A stretch of 64,000 nucleotides of DNA from Schmidtea polychroa (taxonomy: Eukaryota). Position 1 is the stretch's first letter. Every line of letters starts with the position of its first letter. The notes below the pieces were generated by a model. The model was not told the DNA's origin and searched no databases. It saw only the letters and a program-made list of their open reading frames with translations. Where the stretch lies: assembly GCA_044892525.1 (NCBI GenBank), contig CM097885.1:46066001-46130000 (forward strand), written 5' to 3'. Position numbers and translations under genes: made by a program. Of the stretch, positions 1 to 13,102 are shown one piece after another.

Positions 1-514
1 AAGTTGTAGAATTCCAGCCATTTTCCCAATTGTTTTTGTGTTTTCTCGCAATTTTTTTCAACGTTGCACCAGATTGTTTCTTCGTAATACCCATTTTGTT
101 TAAATCCATTTTTTAAACTAATCTATTTTATTTTAAATTAATAATATTATTTTATTTATCAAAAAATGAAAGATTTAAACATTTTCTTTGGAATGATTTG
201 TAGTTTTTTTCCAAAGGCAGACGAGAACAATATGGCCACTGCGATTTGCATAATAATGTCACATCTAATACACACCTAATGCACGCTAATGGACCAGTTC
301 AACCAGTAATGGTAAAGATAAGATAGGCTAGCTAGAGTCGTTTTCGTGCATGACATGTGATATTTTTTTTAATTATTCATATGTTTTGGTAATGTTTTTA
401 AACCTCTTTATTAATTAAAAAAACATTTTTGCATTAATAAAAACTTTCAAATTTAAATAGTTTAAAATTCAATAAAATTATTCATTTGTATAAAATTTCT
501 TTCGTTTAAAATAA

Positions 515-577
515 TTTGGGTCGCGACGTTTTAAAAAAATATCAATGGGGTCGTCAACACAAGGTTGAAAACCACTG
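515..577. mobile_element. 3' end of a hAT-type MITE
   Basis: GGGTCGCGA/GGGGTCG motifs and terminal AACCACTG resemble the MITE at 21362-21574. Similarity to the gene copy 2 flank starts right after it. Left end not identified. Confidence 0.45.
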
Positions 578-713
578 CTTTAGAAGGAGCATATAATCAT
601 GTTTATTTGCATAATCTAACTGCATTTTTTTATGGATATTTCTTCCAATTGAAATTCTTTTTATTTATTATTTTATTTCCAATTACCTTGCTTTATTTTT
701 TTTTACTTTTTAG

Positions 714-3700
714 TCCCACTTCACCATGAGACGTATGACTTATTAAGTCGAATTCATCTGGCGAAAGGTGACAATAAAAAAGCCAGCGAGGTATCTAACC
801 GTACAGATTTTGAAATTATTTTATTATCAATATTTTAGTTTTATTTTACATCTGCAATGTGTGACCCTAAAAATTCTAATAAATGGTTAGTTTGCATAGA
901 AAATACTGAACGTCTAGAAGGAATAGAAAAAGCCATCCAATTGACTAAATTGTCTATGAATCGTTGTAATACAATAGATATCAGAGAAAAATTAGTCGAA
1001 TTGCTTGAAAAATGTGGCTATGAAAAAGAAGCAATGAAAAGAAAACTAACCAATTTCGAAATGTCTGCCAGTGAAAAGAATCCAACGGTCATTAATGATA
1101 TCGTTAAAGAACTATTTGTTATGTCGGAGAAATTTTATGTACGTAAAGACGTAAAACGATCGTGTAAATGTCTGGAAATAGTAAATATGAAATATCCAAC
1201 TCTAGTCACAGATGAGCAGAGATTTAGTCTCCTCAAGCAAATGTTCAGTGTGAATAGATTTCATGGTATATTAGATGTGGTGAAAAATATCAGAGGAGTG
1301 GAAATCGATTTAAATTATCCCTCTAATTTATTGTCTTTTTCCTCGGAAATTTCGTACGACAATAGGAAACAAATAACTTATTATGTACTCTTTGCTTCAA
1401 TCCATTTAGAAATGATAGTATTTGTTGAGAGTCCATCATTTGTTTTATTTATGAAAGATATTATCGATAAATCTGATTGGTATTTGACTATTTGTCATAA
1501 ACTGTATGATATGAAAAATTATAAAATCGCATTAAATCTTCTAGAGAATCTTGGAGATATGGCCGATGTAAGTTATATTTCCTTTTTGTAAAAGCTATTT
1601 TAAATAATTTGAAAATAGAAATTTAAAATGACCTTCAATAATCAAAGTACTTAAACATCTCTAATCATTAATATTGCATTAACTCTAAATAATAATATCT
1701 AAAGCTTATTGAATCAATTAAGAGTTTCATTACACTTCGGAAAGTACCACAGCTCGAAATAATATATATATATTTTATTTTTGTAGCTATTATTTGATAT
1801 TTATTTTCAATGATCATTTCACAAAAATTATTTAAATAAATAAACTACAATGGCTTAATGTACAATGTGTCCCTTTTCCAGCTTTGAATCCATCGGGATG
1901 AAGCTGAAGGCACATTTTGTAACCGTTTCTGTGGGAATAGAACGGGTCACTATAAATATCAGCATTATTTTTTTACACGGAGAGGGTTAATATAATATCT
2001 GAGTTGCCGATTTTAATTACCATTACAGTTAGACATAAATTTTAATTAATTAATTAACTTCATCTATAAAGTTTTTATTACATAATATGGAAGTTATAAA
2101 AGAAATATATGATAAAATTATACAAATTATGCATCATTCATCAGAGAAAGTGGATTTTCAGATAACATTGCAATAAAACTATCATGTTGTCGATTGACAT
2201 TCAAAATTATTATACAAAATTCAAATCAAAAATTTTTTAATATTTAATATGATAAAAAATATTTGGAATAAAAATGCAATGTTGTCGATTAATATTAAAA
2301 TTTATTGATTATGTATTTCAATATTGAAAACGCATTTAATTAAATTCGAAAAAAGGTTTCAAGCTTTGATTTAAGCAACTTAGATTTTCTAAAACTTTTG
2401 CCTATCAATTTCGACTTTGAAATATATGAATTTAGTATAATTTTAAATAATTTTCTAGAAATTAGCCTCATTAAAACTATTTGGGAAATGTCAAGAAGCT
2501 TTGGGTTTCGATAATGATGCGTTGTGTACATATGATAATATCATAAACAATGTGACTGGACAGGATGCATCTGTTTGGGAATTGAAAGCAAATTTGTTGT
2601 ATAGATTAAAGAGAGAAGATGACGCAATTCAAGTTTTAGGTGAAAGCCAAAAATTTATATACATTAATGTTCCTCAAACTAATCTCGTCAATCGATGTAA
2701 GCCCAATAAGGACAGTATTCAGTTACTGTATAAACTCTGCAATTTACTCTACAAAGAAAAACGATTTGAAGATTTTATAAAAGTCTCATGGAAGTTCCTT
2801 TTCATTGATTCGTACGAATATTTCCAAGTAAATAAAGTTGAACTGTGTTGCGAAGACATAGCATTTGCAAAATCGAGAATTTCAGAAATTCAAAACAATA
2901 TCTGGCTTTGTATATCAAAAACTCTCGATGCTAATGGCCATTGTGTCTTTACTACGACTCATTTGAAAATGGGTGACGGCTCAACGTATGATATATTGAA
3001 AAAGTTACTGGATCTTTTTGTAGCATCCGGAGAAGATTATTCAGAGTTACTTGAACTGTTGTCTCAATGGGGATTGGTTTTAACGAAAATTCTCAGCTGG
3101 CAACATTCTATCCGATTGAATCTATCTGTGATCTATGTGACAACGGCTATAAGAAATCGAATAAAAAATTATCGGTTAAGACAAGATGTTTCTGGAAATA
3201 TGATTTTTCAAGAGTTGAGAATTCTGAAAACTAAAGTAATTGTCATTTCGACTGATACATGTTTTAACGCATTTAAACTTTACAGTATGCAGAGAATATT
3301 CAATTTTGGAACTTATTCCTTATTTATGCGTATTTTATTGGCGCTAATAATGACAGATTCGTTCTTCGAAATTTACCAGTTGTAAGTATCTCTATTGTTG
3401 ACGTTATTTAGTAATTATCTTTATTAAAACTCAAATAAATCGATATAATAAAAAATTAAAAATGTGCTATTTATAACTCTATTACTTTTGAATATTATAC
3501 TCAACAACGTAAAACATATTGTCAGTGATCAGCGGTAACATTAAGATTTGTGACAATAAAAGATAATAAATGATAATAATTGATTCAGTTAAATTGAAAG
3601 ATTTTAAATCAATTTTATTGGATGAATATTTAATTTATTAAAAGAAAGGATGAAATGCTTGTTTATTTTAATTTCTTGTATACTGTTTTTCAATATTTTA

Positions 3701-5814
3701 TTTTTTAAACGAAAAAAGATTAATTGTGGAGAAGATAAATAATTTTTTAAGGAAGATTAAATTTTTTTTTATTACAATCGTTCTTTGTGGAACTATTCAC
3801 CAGCTATTCTTCTTTGTTTTCTCATTGATATAATGTCCACTTTCTTGTATTTGTTCACTCTGGTCGCGTTCCATTTGACATAAGCCGAGATCTCGTCGGG
3901 GAAAGAAGTTTCGAGTTTTGTCTACCGGATTCACTCAGACTTTTGTCTCCTAACAACCAGGGTAGATCTAACTACACCCGGGTATCTGTAAGTTTAACTC
4001 TTATATTTCGGAATTAGGTGTAATTAATGTTATTATTATTATTAATTTAATAATACAAAATCTCTTTATTTTTAAAACAACGTGATATTTCTTGACGTTT
4101 TTATTAGGTTAACGTTAAGTTAAATAACCTTTGCAAATTCATATTTATATCAATATTTATTGATTAATAATAAAGTTTATTGGCATAATATAATTTCGAA
4201 ATTAATATAATATAAAATTAATAAAATTAAAAAATTTTATTTGAATACTAGTTTAAACATAAGATTTATTCCAAAACGGGATCTTGGCGATATTATGAAT
4301 TTTATTAGACCTTTGGTTGGTATATTTTATTTGCTTCATTTTGATCAAAGAGCACTGTATTTCTAAATTCCATTATATTATTTAATTAGCCATTGTAAGT
4401 TACATTCACTTTAAAATGATCTTTTCTCTAGCTTTTATGAAAGTGGAATTGATGTTTACTTGAATTCATATTTACAGTTAAATAATTTTTTATTAATAGG
4501 TTAAAAACAATTATCCACTAGAAATAATCAACGCTGGTTTTATTTTAATAGGCAGTGCAAAATTGAGTCTGGGTAATAACGATAAGAATACTGATAAAAC
4601 AAATAATTATTAATCTTTTAGCTATCAATAGTAAACTATTCGATGAAAACAGTGAAAATCCTCAGTTATGTCTGCATTTAGCCATAACGTTAATCAATTC
4701 AGCATTATCAAGGAATTGTCGGAAAAGCTGGAAGCTAACTTCTTTGGTAGGTAGCTTAATACTTTAATTTTTAATACGAGATTGTATGGGGAAATTTTCT
4801 TAACCGAATTACTATTGCAACTTTTTTAATAGAAATCCATAAATTATACACAAAAAAATATGCCAAAAAGCAACATTTATAATTTATTTAATCATCAACT
4901 GTTAATATTACTGTAGAATTTTATCACTAAACTTATTATAATATAAAAACAATAATTTTAGCTTTGAAATAACCATCTTATGCTATAAACTTTCCCAACA
5001 TTAAAAAGCTTCTTTAAAATGTCATAGTCGTAGGCCAACATCTCGTCACCTAATTATAATATAAAGAAAAAGATTTTAATTTTTGAACGATCCTTGACTA
5101 AAATCTTTCCAAACAGTTTTGGCACGCATTTATATAAATGATAATGCTCTTCTAATGAAATGTCTCGATTGCTATTTTCTCGAATATTCTTAGCCTCTAA
5201 ACGACTAAATCTTTATTCTAAATATAGTTTCACACTCATAAAAATATTATTTCACACGCATAAAAATATTATATCCAAAGTTATCAATTAATTTTTTATA
5301 ATTTATCTATTATCAATAATTTTGCCTTGTTTATAACTTTCCAATCCAGTTAATGATATTTTCACGTTATTATAATTTGTTTTGGTCAAGAATTACGAAT
5401 CAGTTATTTTTTTTTCTGAATTATTTTTTAATTTATTTTAGGCTTTTGAGTTTATGAAACACTATAAGAAATTACGAGGAAATTGCCAAGAAACATATTA
5501 TAACTTTGGCAGGTTCTATCACAGAATAAGTAGAAATTTGTTTGTTTCGATTAGCTTTCTCAAAGATTTATTTAGAAAATGAAGAACGTGCTATAAATTG
5601 CTATGAAAAATGCTTATCATGTCCACCAGTTGGAAACACAGATTATGAAAAATCAGTATATAATTCGTAATGTCAAGACTTTTTTATTATTTACGCTATT
5701 TTCTAGCTGAATGATCTGTCACGAGAAGCTGCCTTTAATTTGGTCTATATATACAAAGGAAGAAACCAGAGGAAAACGGTTGAATATTTGACCCAAAAAT
5801 ATTTAACGATATGA
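714..5814 (+). CDS. GTF3C3: TFIIIC TPR subunit (GTF3C3/Tfc4-like), copy 1; multi-exon, 5' exons lie upstream of the window
   Basis: GT-AG exons at 714-790 (PLHHETYDLLSRIHLAKGDNKKASE), 839-1567, from 2459 (KLASLKLFGKCQEALGF...), from ~4620 (ENPQLCLHLAITLINSALSR), from 5442 (AFEFMKHYKKLRGNCQETYYNFGRFYH) and a last exon LNDLSREAAFNLVYIYKG...YLTQKYLTI* ending 5814. These track the TPR array and C-terminus of human GTF3C3 as I recall it (LRGPCQESFYNLGR; DLRRDIAYNLSLIY). Exon boundaries between 2459 and 4620 not resolved. Confidence 0.8.
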
Positions 5815-6380
5815 TATTGATCGACAACCTTATTTTGAGATCTTTTTTATTTCCTCCAGTTGTAAAATATAATTTCTATTTTATCAATTTCTATTGGCCT
5901 TCATTATTACACTGGACTATGTCAAATATATCTCTTTGGTGAGGAGCTAGTCAGAAGGATACTAGTTAACCATTCAAACAGTCCCACAGGTTAGTCTGCT
6001 TCCTTGACAACACGAGCATATCAATCAAGAATTTAGCACGAGGAATCCGTTGGACTGTGGAACTTATGGGAACTTAAGCCAAAGGTGATTTGCATTACCT
6101 AAAATGTCCATTATGTTGTGTTCTACTGAAATCGATATTTTAATTTTACTATTATCACGCTCACGTCTCAATCAATTTTAGTGTTAAATACTTTTTGTTT
6201 TAATAAAGTGGATTTTTGTGTTTTATTTGAATATTATACAATTTCATATCTTTTTTATGTGTGTGTTGCGCAACGAAATATTATGCTCGTACAAACGCGT
6301 TTGGAAGCTTTGAATTTTTTTCTACATCAGCTGCATAAAAGGTAAGTTTAGAGTTTAATCACAGGCTAAATCTATACATA

Positions 6381-6784
6381 TAGGCTTGCCAACTCTCCCG
6401 TTTTTAGCGGGAGTATCCCGGTTAACTATGACCCGGGAGATGTAAATCACCCGTTTTTGCAATATTTTACAATTTTTCAAGAAAAAAGTGCAGTTTTTGA
6501 AGTTTTAACTTTTATTTTATTTCTCTAAAATAATGATAGTCAATATCGCGTTGAGCGATTTTATGTTTTTCTTCACTGTAAGGTATTTTTCACTTTTAAA
6601 ATGTAATATGTAAAAATAATTGTTTTGTTTAAATCTTTATGGCATTAGTCATCATATAGTTAAAATCACTAACATGTGTAAACCAAAAAACTGAAAAAAC
6701 ACCTGTTATATTATATCTTAAGCGTTATACTGTTCGCAATTTTATAATCTTCCGGGTTCGAGGTTGTGGTAGTTGTCAACCCTA
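6381..6784. mobile_element. MITE with ~14-bp imperfect TIRs
   Basis: TAGGCTTGCCAACT at the start and AGTTGTCAACCCTA at the end. No clean TSD. Confidence 0.5.
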
Positions 6785-7405
6785 CGCACAGAGCTTTTTG
6801 ATGAATTATACAGTGAAATTATTTTATAACCATGTTTTCAAAAGAATCCAATGTTAAAACCGATCAAATTTATAGCTCCATTCTTTTTAACTGATGTTAA
6901 GGAATTTAACTTTTGGTCACTGATTCCTACAAAATGGCTATATATAGAGAAATAGAACAAATCTGATTATTATTATAATAATTCATGTTCGACTGGTATT
7001 TTAAGTGGTACCTTTCAATGTTATTAAATTGGCCTCAATATTTTGCTTATGACCACTGCTTATTTTTTCTAAGAAATTAGAATGATATTGGATAACTTGA
7101 GCAGGACCGTAGATACATTTGTCCTGACAAGTCACTACAGGACTGGGTAGAATAAATTTAGATTAAACATCTGCAGTGAAAGGAAGTAAAAACCCAATCT
7201 GAACCGTATACAAATTCATCATACAATTCAATTAATCCTGATTCAACATATTGATGGGCTACAACTGATTTCGAGCCCAAATGATTGAATAGTGACTGAA
7301 AGACGCAGAGATGACAGTAAAATGATTCAGAATCAAACACGTCCAAACATTAGGTAAACAAATAAATATAAACATACATGGCAATGATTTAATTATAAGA
7401 TAACG

Positions 7406-7983
7406 CATTCTTTTCACGATATTTTTCGACAGTTTTCTTTTCATCATCATCATTAATGATTTTTAACAAATCTATTAATTATATAAAAACTTTTTTATTT
7501 ATTAAAAACATTTAATTATTTTTAAAAATTGTAATTAAATTAATATATAATTTTTAAAATTTAAACATTTAAAATTTAATTTAATAATTAAAAAAATTTT
7601 ATTAATTATTTAATTTAACACAATAATCAATACATACAATATACAAGAAAAACATTATTTAAAAACATTAAAAATACAAGTATTCACTGCATTCTGCACA
7701 TTAATTTTTGGATTCAATAACTTTATCAACAACGCCTCACAAATCACACGTTCCCAATAATTATCGAAATTTTTTAATTAAAATTTTAAAATCAGACATA
7801 CATATTTTAATCTTACAGCCCTTATTGTGCTCACTAATATGGGTCAAAGCCTTCGGTCTACAATGTTCTCGAGCTCGAATACAGAGATGACGGGAAGTCT
7901 CTCCAATGTATGTGGCATTACACCCATTACATGTAAACTGATCGAAATATATAAAACTGTCGAAATATATCGTGAAAAGAATG
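7406..7983. repeat. 29-bp inverted repeat pair (7406-7434 / 7955-7983), probable MITE remnant
   Basis: CATTCTTTTCACGATATTTTTCGACAGTT versus AACTGTCGAAATATATCGTGAAAAGAATG, one mismatch. Similar motif in the TIRs at 62984-63613. Confidence 0.5.
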
Positions 7984-9493
7984 TTTGATTATCTAATAAA
8001 CAGATAAATTGTGTTCACTCAACACAAAAATAAACTAATGTGAAACAAAAGTAAGAATTATTATATGAAAAAATCCACTCAAAACACAACATAGATACAC
8101 AAAAGAAGTAGTCAAAGTTTAATTATTGGCGATAAGGAGATATAAGAATTGAAATTAGAAAGATTCCCACAAAATAACGTTAGAAAATAAAGTAGGGATA
8201 AAATATTTACCATAGAAAACTAGGATATTCTATAAAAATGTAGAAATAAAATAAAAGATAAAATTTGATGAGTTAAAATTAACCTGAAATAACATAGGAA
8301 TTAAAATAAATAAGAATTCGTTAATAAAATCTCCAAAACAACATCGAATATCCTAGAAAATGCCCATATCCCTTAAGGCGGCATTCAGGGCGAAAATAAA
8401 CTTAATGATAATTTATAGAAAATCACCATCAAAATCTATAAAAATTAGAATTAAAATTAGATAGAATTAAAATAATTCAAATTTGTTTTACTGAATCATT
8501 TTACGCACACATACTCGCATACCAAAATTTAGGTATATATTCCGATGCAATTCAGTCACAGTTTAATCGATTTGTGATTGACTTTATATTTCGTTCTTTG
8601 TACTCGATAAGATGCTTGTACAGTACAGTATATATACAGTTCAGTAGTTACAAGTATTTTTTATTTGTAAATCCTCAAAAATCAATTTCTTTAAATAAAT
8701 TAAGATTTATTTCGATAAGGCTCCGGAGACCGCACATGCTTCTCAGGGAGGCTGCAGGTTCCCCACCCCTGGGCTAGACCATGGATAAGAAAAATTTATT
8801 ATTAAACTTCAAAAATCATTGCCAGGATCTGTCACAGTGACATCATTCAGCACGAAAAAGCAAGAAGTGTATATAAATAAGAAATAAAACACCGAATAAA
8901 CAAAAATTAAATCAATATACTTAATTAAAAAGTAAAACGAAAACCAATAAAATCGGAAAATGCAAAAAGCCACAAAAATACATATTTAATAGCAAAATAA
9001 ATGCTAAATTATCAGCGGATGTAAAGTGCGCTCAATACTCGATCTTTCAACTTTTTGAATATTGTAATAGATTTGTAGATTCAGCAAAGACATTGATGTC
9101 ATATTGAAGTAACTAGTAGTTCATTTTGGCACAGAAACATACTCAATGTATCCGTTTAAATTTACGAGAAATTCGCTATTCAATAATATAAAGTTATTCA
9201 CAATTGTCAAACAAGATGACAATATTATGCCAACAATATCATGAGCAAGAAAACATCATTTTACAATCATTCAATTAATTAAAATTATGTAAATTATGTA
9301 GTTATTTTATAATTATACTTACATTTAAATTATTAATATATTATAAATTTTTTCCAATTTCAACATTGATTTTTTTCCCATTGTATTTATTAAAAAGAGC
9401 TTGAAGAAATTTTTGTCCATATTTAAAATTACTAAAAATTTTATCATATTTAATTTTCACATGAATTTGAAATAAGATTCATACAATAATAAT

Positions 9494-9610
9494 AGTTATG
9501 TAAAGTTGTTTGTTTTAATAATATTCGTTTTAGCGTGTGTTTGGAAAATATATTTTAATTATTATTGATTTATTGATTTTATGAATTCAGAAGTTGAAGA
9601 CATCATAACT
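9494..9610 (+). repeat. 5' LTR (117 bp) of the gypsy element
   Basis: Direct repeat of 17929-18045. Confidence 0.9.
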
Positions 9611-10569
9611 GGCGACCACACCAAGGAAATCAATGCGATAGGAAAAAAGAAAGGAACTAAGAATATGTTAGATTCCTTGTCAAAACAAGCACGTGAGATG
9701 CTGGAACTAGCTCAAATTCAGCAAGAGAGAGATGAAAGATTCCAAGCCTTCGAAATACGAGTAAGAAGTTTAGTTAAAAGTGTATTTAGCTCTGGAATGT
9801 CTGATGAACAGATTTTTCGAGACATTATCTCAAACAGATCGAAAGACGATAGAGTAAAAGAAATATTCTTATCAGGGAAAGTGACAAGTTTTGAAGATGC
9901 CAGGGATATGGCAAAAATTCAGGAGAAGATCGAGATGACGAATGACAATAAATTCAATATTGATGCCATAAGAAGAGACTCCTACGCATCAGTGATGAAA
10001 AATGGTAAATTCGAGGGTAGACGAGACCAAAGAACAATTGTGAAGACAACTGCACATCAACGCGACGAACACCGAGAGATTAATCATGAGAGGAATAGAC
10101 CTGGTAATGGTCGGTTTGTACCGATTGTAAATGAAGACAAGAATGAAAATGAGCGGTATAGAGGACGATATGAGACAGGAGAACCAGAGAGAAGAATACC
10201 TACAGTATCGCTTAAAGATATTGCAAGAAGGTTATTTAATGACAGCAAAGGAAGAGATTCGCCTCATCCAGTCAGTGTTTTTGTTGTGGAGAAAAAGGGC
10301 ACCGGCGTTTTGAATGTCCTATGAAAGACAAATGTCTAATCTGTGGAAAAGAAGGTCATGGATTCAGAGATTGTTTTTTGCTTAAAAATAGAAATGGATA
10401 TCAGAAGAGAGTGGCATGTATTTACGAAGAAGATCACGAAAGAAATAATGGTGATTTAACAGAAGATTTATACAGTAATTACGAAGAAACGATAAAAAAA
10501 TCAATGGATAAACCAAAAAACAAGGACGATCCCATTGCTTTCATTTCGTCAGTGGGGTCGACACAATAA
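9581..10569 (+). pseudogene. gag: gag, frameshifted, with two CCHC zinc knuckles
   Basis: After a frameshift near 10260 it reads CFCCGEKGHRRFEC...CLICGKEGHGFRDC. No protease motif follows, suggesting an internal deletion. Confidence 0.7.
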
Positions 10570-10639
10570 TCAGTAGAAAGAAGCGAAATGAAGACATGAT
10601 GCAGAAGATGTATGAGACGACAGACAGAAGAAAGTGGAG

Positions 10640-11348
10640 TAAGATTGTAATAAACATGTCACAAACTTATTAAAAGCGAGAGTTATTAGAAAATGCAAAA
10701 GTGCATGGAACGCGCCACTAGTGATTGTGGCTAAGAAAGATGGATCAATAAGGATGTGTGTCGACTATAGAGGGTTGAATGCGATCACTGAAAAGATATC
10801 TTTTCTCATGCCAGATACACGATTTCTACTGGATTGTCTGGCAGATTCAAAATATTTCACATCCATCGATCTAGGTCAAGCATATTATCAAGTTGGAATG
10901 GTGAAGGAAATTCAAGAGGTCACGGCTTTCAATACAAGGCAAGAACAGTTTTGTTTTAAACGACTTCCTTTTGGACAAGCAACTGCCCCTGCGACGTTTG
11001 AAAGAATGATGCACTCAATGTTGGATGGAATATTATTTAAGGGTGTTGTTGTCTACCTAGACGACATTCTTGTCTATGAAAAAGACATAGAGGAATACAA
11101 TAACCGATTATAGGAAGTATTCAGAAGAATTCAACTAGCGGGGTTGAGAATTAACCCAGAAAAATGTAATCTGTATAAAGAAGAATTGACATTCCTAGAA
11201 CACACTGTAAGTGCAAGTGGGATAAAAACGAACGACAAGAAGATTAAAGAGATTCAAGATGCAGAAATACCAGTATGCGCCAAACAATTAAGATCCTTTT
11301 TAGGTATGACCAATTACTATAGACTATGCGAAAATTGCGGAACCTCTA
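10640..11348 (+). pseudogene. pol: Reverse transcriptase, N-terminal part, with a premature stop
   Basis: KKDGSIRMCVDYRGLN, LPFGQATAPATF, YLDD; in-frame TAG at 11111-11113. Confidence 0.9.
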
Positions 11349-11644
11349 CCTCTGTGTGCGCGTTGTATTGTGTGATGGGTTTGTGTGCGCACACAGACGC
11401 GAGCAATGTCATTTTTGTGTTGGGTTGTTAGTTTATCTCGCGTCTGTGTGCGCTTTTCTTTTCTTTGTTTTTGGCTTGTGTGCGCACACAGACGTGAGCA
11501 AGAGGTAGGAAAATATTTTATTAATTAGTTTATTGTGAATTTTGTAATTTTTAGATTGTATCGATTTTTTGAATTTATGATGAGTTATGTTTCGAGTTTA
11601 ATGGAGTCGAATTATTTGGGTTTTTAATGATTTTCGGATAAAAG

Positions 11645-13102
11645 ATGGCTGCTTTTAATGAAGAAATGGAAATGGGAAATACTACCAACGAAACTGATGG
11701 TTCCTTTTTTATGACCCCAAGAGATCCTGATAATGTTAATGGTGTTTCTGGCCAACTAATATTAAATTTATTTGGTGGATGGATTTCCGTTGGTATTCGA
11801 GGCAATAATTGTGATGTAGTAGCTACACAAAGAAAGGTTCCAGATAAAATGATTGAGAAGAGTTCAGCTACAAGGTTGTTTAATATTACTGAAAGTCCTG
11901 GAGGTGTTATGACTGGTATGATCCCTGATTATCGATCTCAAGTATGTCGTGCACAAATGGAAGCAGCTCGATTTAGATATAAACATGGATATGAAATGCC
12001 TTGTGACATAATATGTCGTTCTATTGCGGATATTAAGCAGCTTTCTACCCAATCAACTGAGATGCGACCATTAGGTTGTTCAATGATGGTATTATCTTAT
12101 GGTATTGAAATGGACAAACTGTTATTATTCAAAACTGGCTCTGTGGATGAAAATAAAATTATTATTCGTTATCTTGTATTTAAACATGGTAGCAGAGCGT
12201 GGTTCCGGCTAGCAAGCCGGAACAAGGTAATTAATGATTATAAAATGTCTTTTTTGTGTTTATGTATATTATGTGTACATTATGTGTATTATGTGTTTAC
12301 TAATATTTCTTTAAAATTAACCATTCTCCCTTCCCTACCGAGCGTGGGAAAGTGCTGCTATGGGCCCCAGCACTCTTTTAAAGGGGGAAGCCAGGGGAAC
12401 AGGATAAAGAACAGAGCTAAGTCAAGGGTGAGGGCGAGCGGGGTAATGGGTTTTGAATTGCGATGGGAAAGTATAAATCAAATATTTGTCAAAACTCTTA
12501 CTTGTAAGACAATTACTCTTGACGTTGAATGGAATGAAACAATTGAAAAGGTAAAAGGAAAAATCCAGGACAAAGAAGGAATTCCGGTAAATTATCAAAG
12601 GTTAGTATACGCAGGAAAGCAGTTAGAAAATAAAAGAATATTGAACGATTATAGGATGCGAGTAGGTTCGACACTTCATTTGTCACTCAGGCTGTGCGGC
12701 GACAATGACGAAGAGATTTTAGAAGAAGAATTGTGGAAAAAGAGAATGAAAAAAGGAAAATTAACGAGATTGAGAAACAAGATTATGAATGATATAAAGG
12801 GTAAGGATGTTAGCAAATGGTTGGAGGAATATAAAGATCAAAAGGAGAGTCTAGATGAAGAATTAAGAGATCTAAGAACGATCAGTGAAAAATTGCAAAG
12901 ATTGGACATCCCTGCAATCTTAGATGAAGACCTGCAGGAGATCGAAGAAAAACATCAAATAATTGGGGCATTGATGGAAAGAAAAGCAAATCAATCTATT
13001 ATGGAAAAGAAGGAAATGGTGAATGATGATACAATCAAGAAGAATAATTCCGTGCATAAAAGAAAACTGGAAAGTACAGAAAATTACAATACCTGTCTTT
13101 GA
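11645..13102 (+). CDS. 485-aa chimeric ORF: proteasome alpha (PSMA6-like) fragment + ubiquitin-like domain + coiled coil
   Basis: [35 protein letters not shown]...MRPLGCSMM matches PSMA6. [50 protein letters not shown]...LHLSLRLCG is ubiquitin-like. Confidence 0.7.
   Translation: MAAFNEEMEMGNTTNETDGSFFMTPRDPDNVNGVSGQLILNLFGGWISVGIRGNNCDVVATQRKVPDKMIEKSSATRLFNITESPGGVMTGMIPDYRSQVCRAQMEAARFRYKHGYEMPCDIICRSIADIKQLSTQSTEMRPLGCSMMVLSYGIEMDKLLLFKTGSVDENKIIIRYLVFKHGSRAWFRLASRNKVINDYKMSFLCLCILCVHYVYYVFTNISLKLTILPSLPSVGKCCYGPQHSFKGGSQGNRIKNRAKSRVRASGVMGFELRWESINQIFVKTLTCKTITLDVEWNETIEKVKGKIQDKEGIPVNYQRLVYAGKQLENKRILNDYRMRVGSTLHLSLRLCGDNDEEILEEELWKKRMKKGKLTRLRNKIMNDIKGKDVSKWLEEYKDQKESLDEELRDLRTISEKLQRLDIPAILDEDLQEIEEKHQIIGALMERKANQSIMEKKEMVNDDTIKKNNSVHKRKLESTENYNTCL
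12187..12204 (+). promoter_or_regulatory. Primer-binding site, initiator tRNA-Met type
   Basis: TGGTAGCAGAGCGTGGTT directly after the LTR end (...AAACA); complementary to the iMet 3' end (...CTCTGCTACCA). Confidence 0.85.

Noticed and set aside
8040-9000. A-rich stretch resembling the giant LTR U3
   Set aside because: Only compositional similarity; no alignable motif, termini or TSD found.
11645-12185. Functional host PSMA6 gene
   Set aside because: Lacks the N-terminal signature and the C-terminal third, and lies within paired LTRs.
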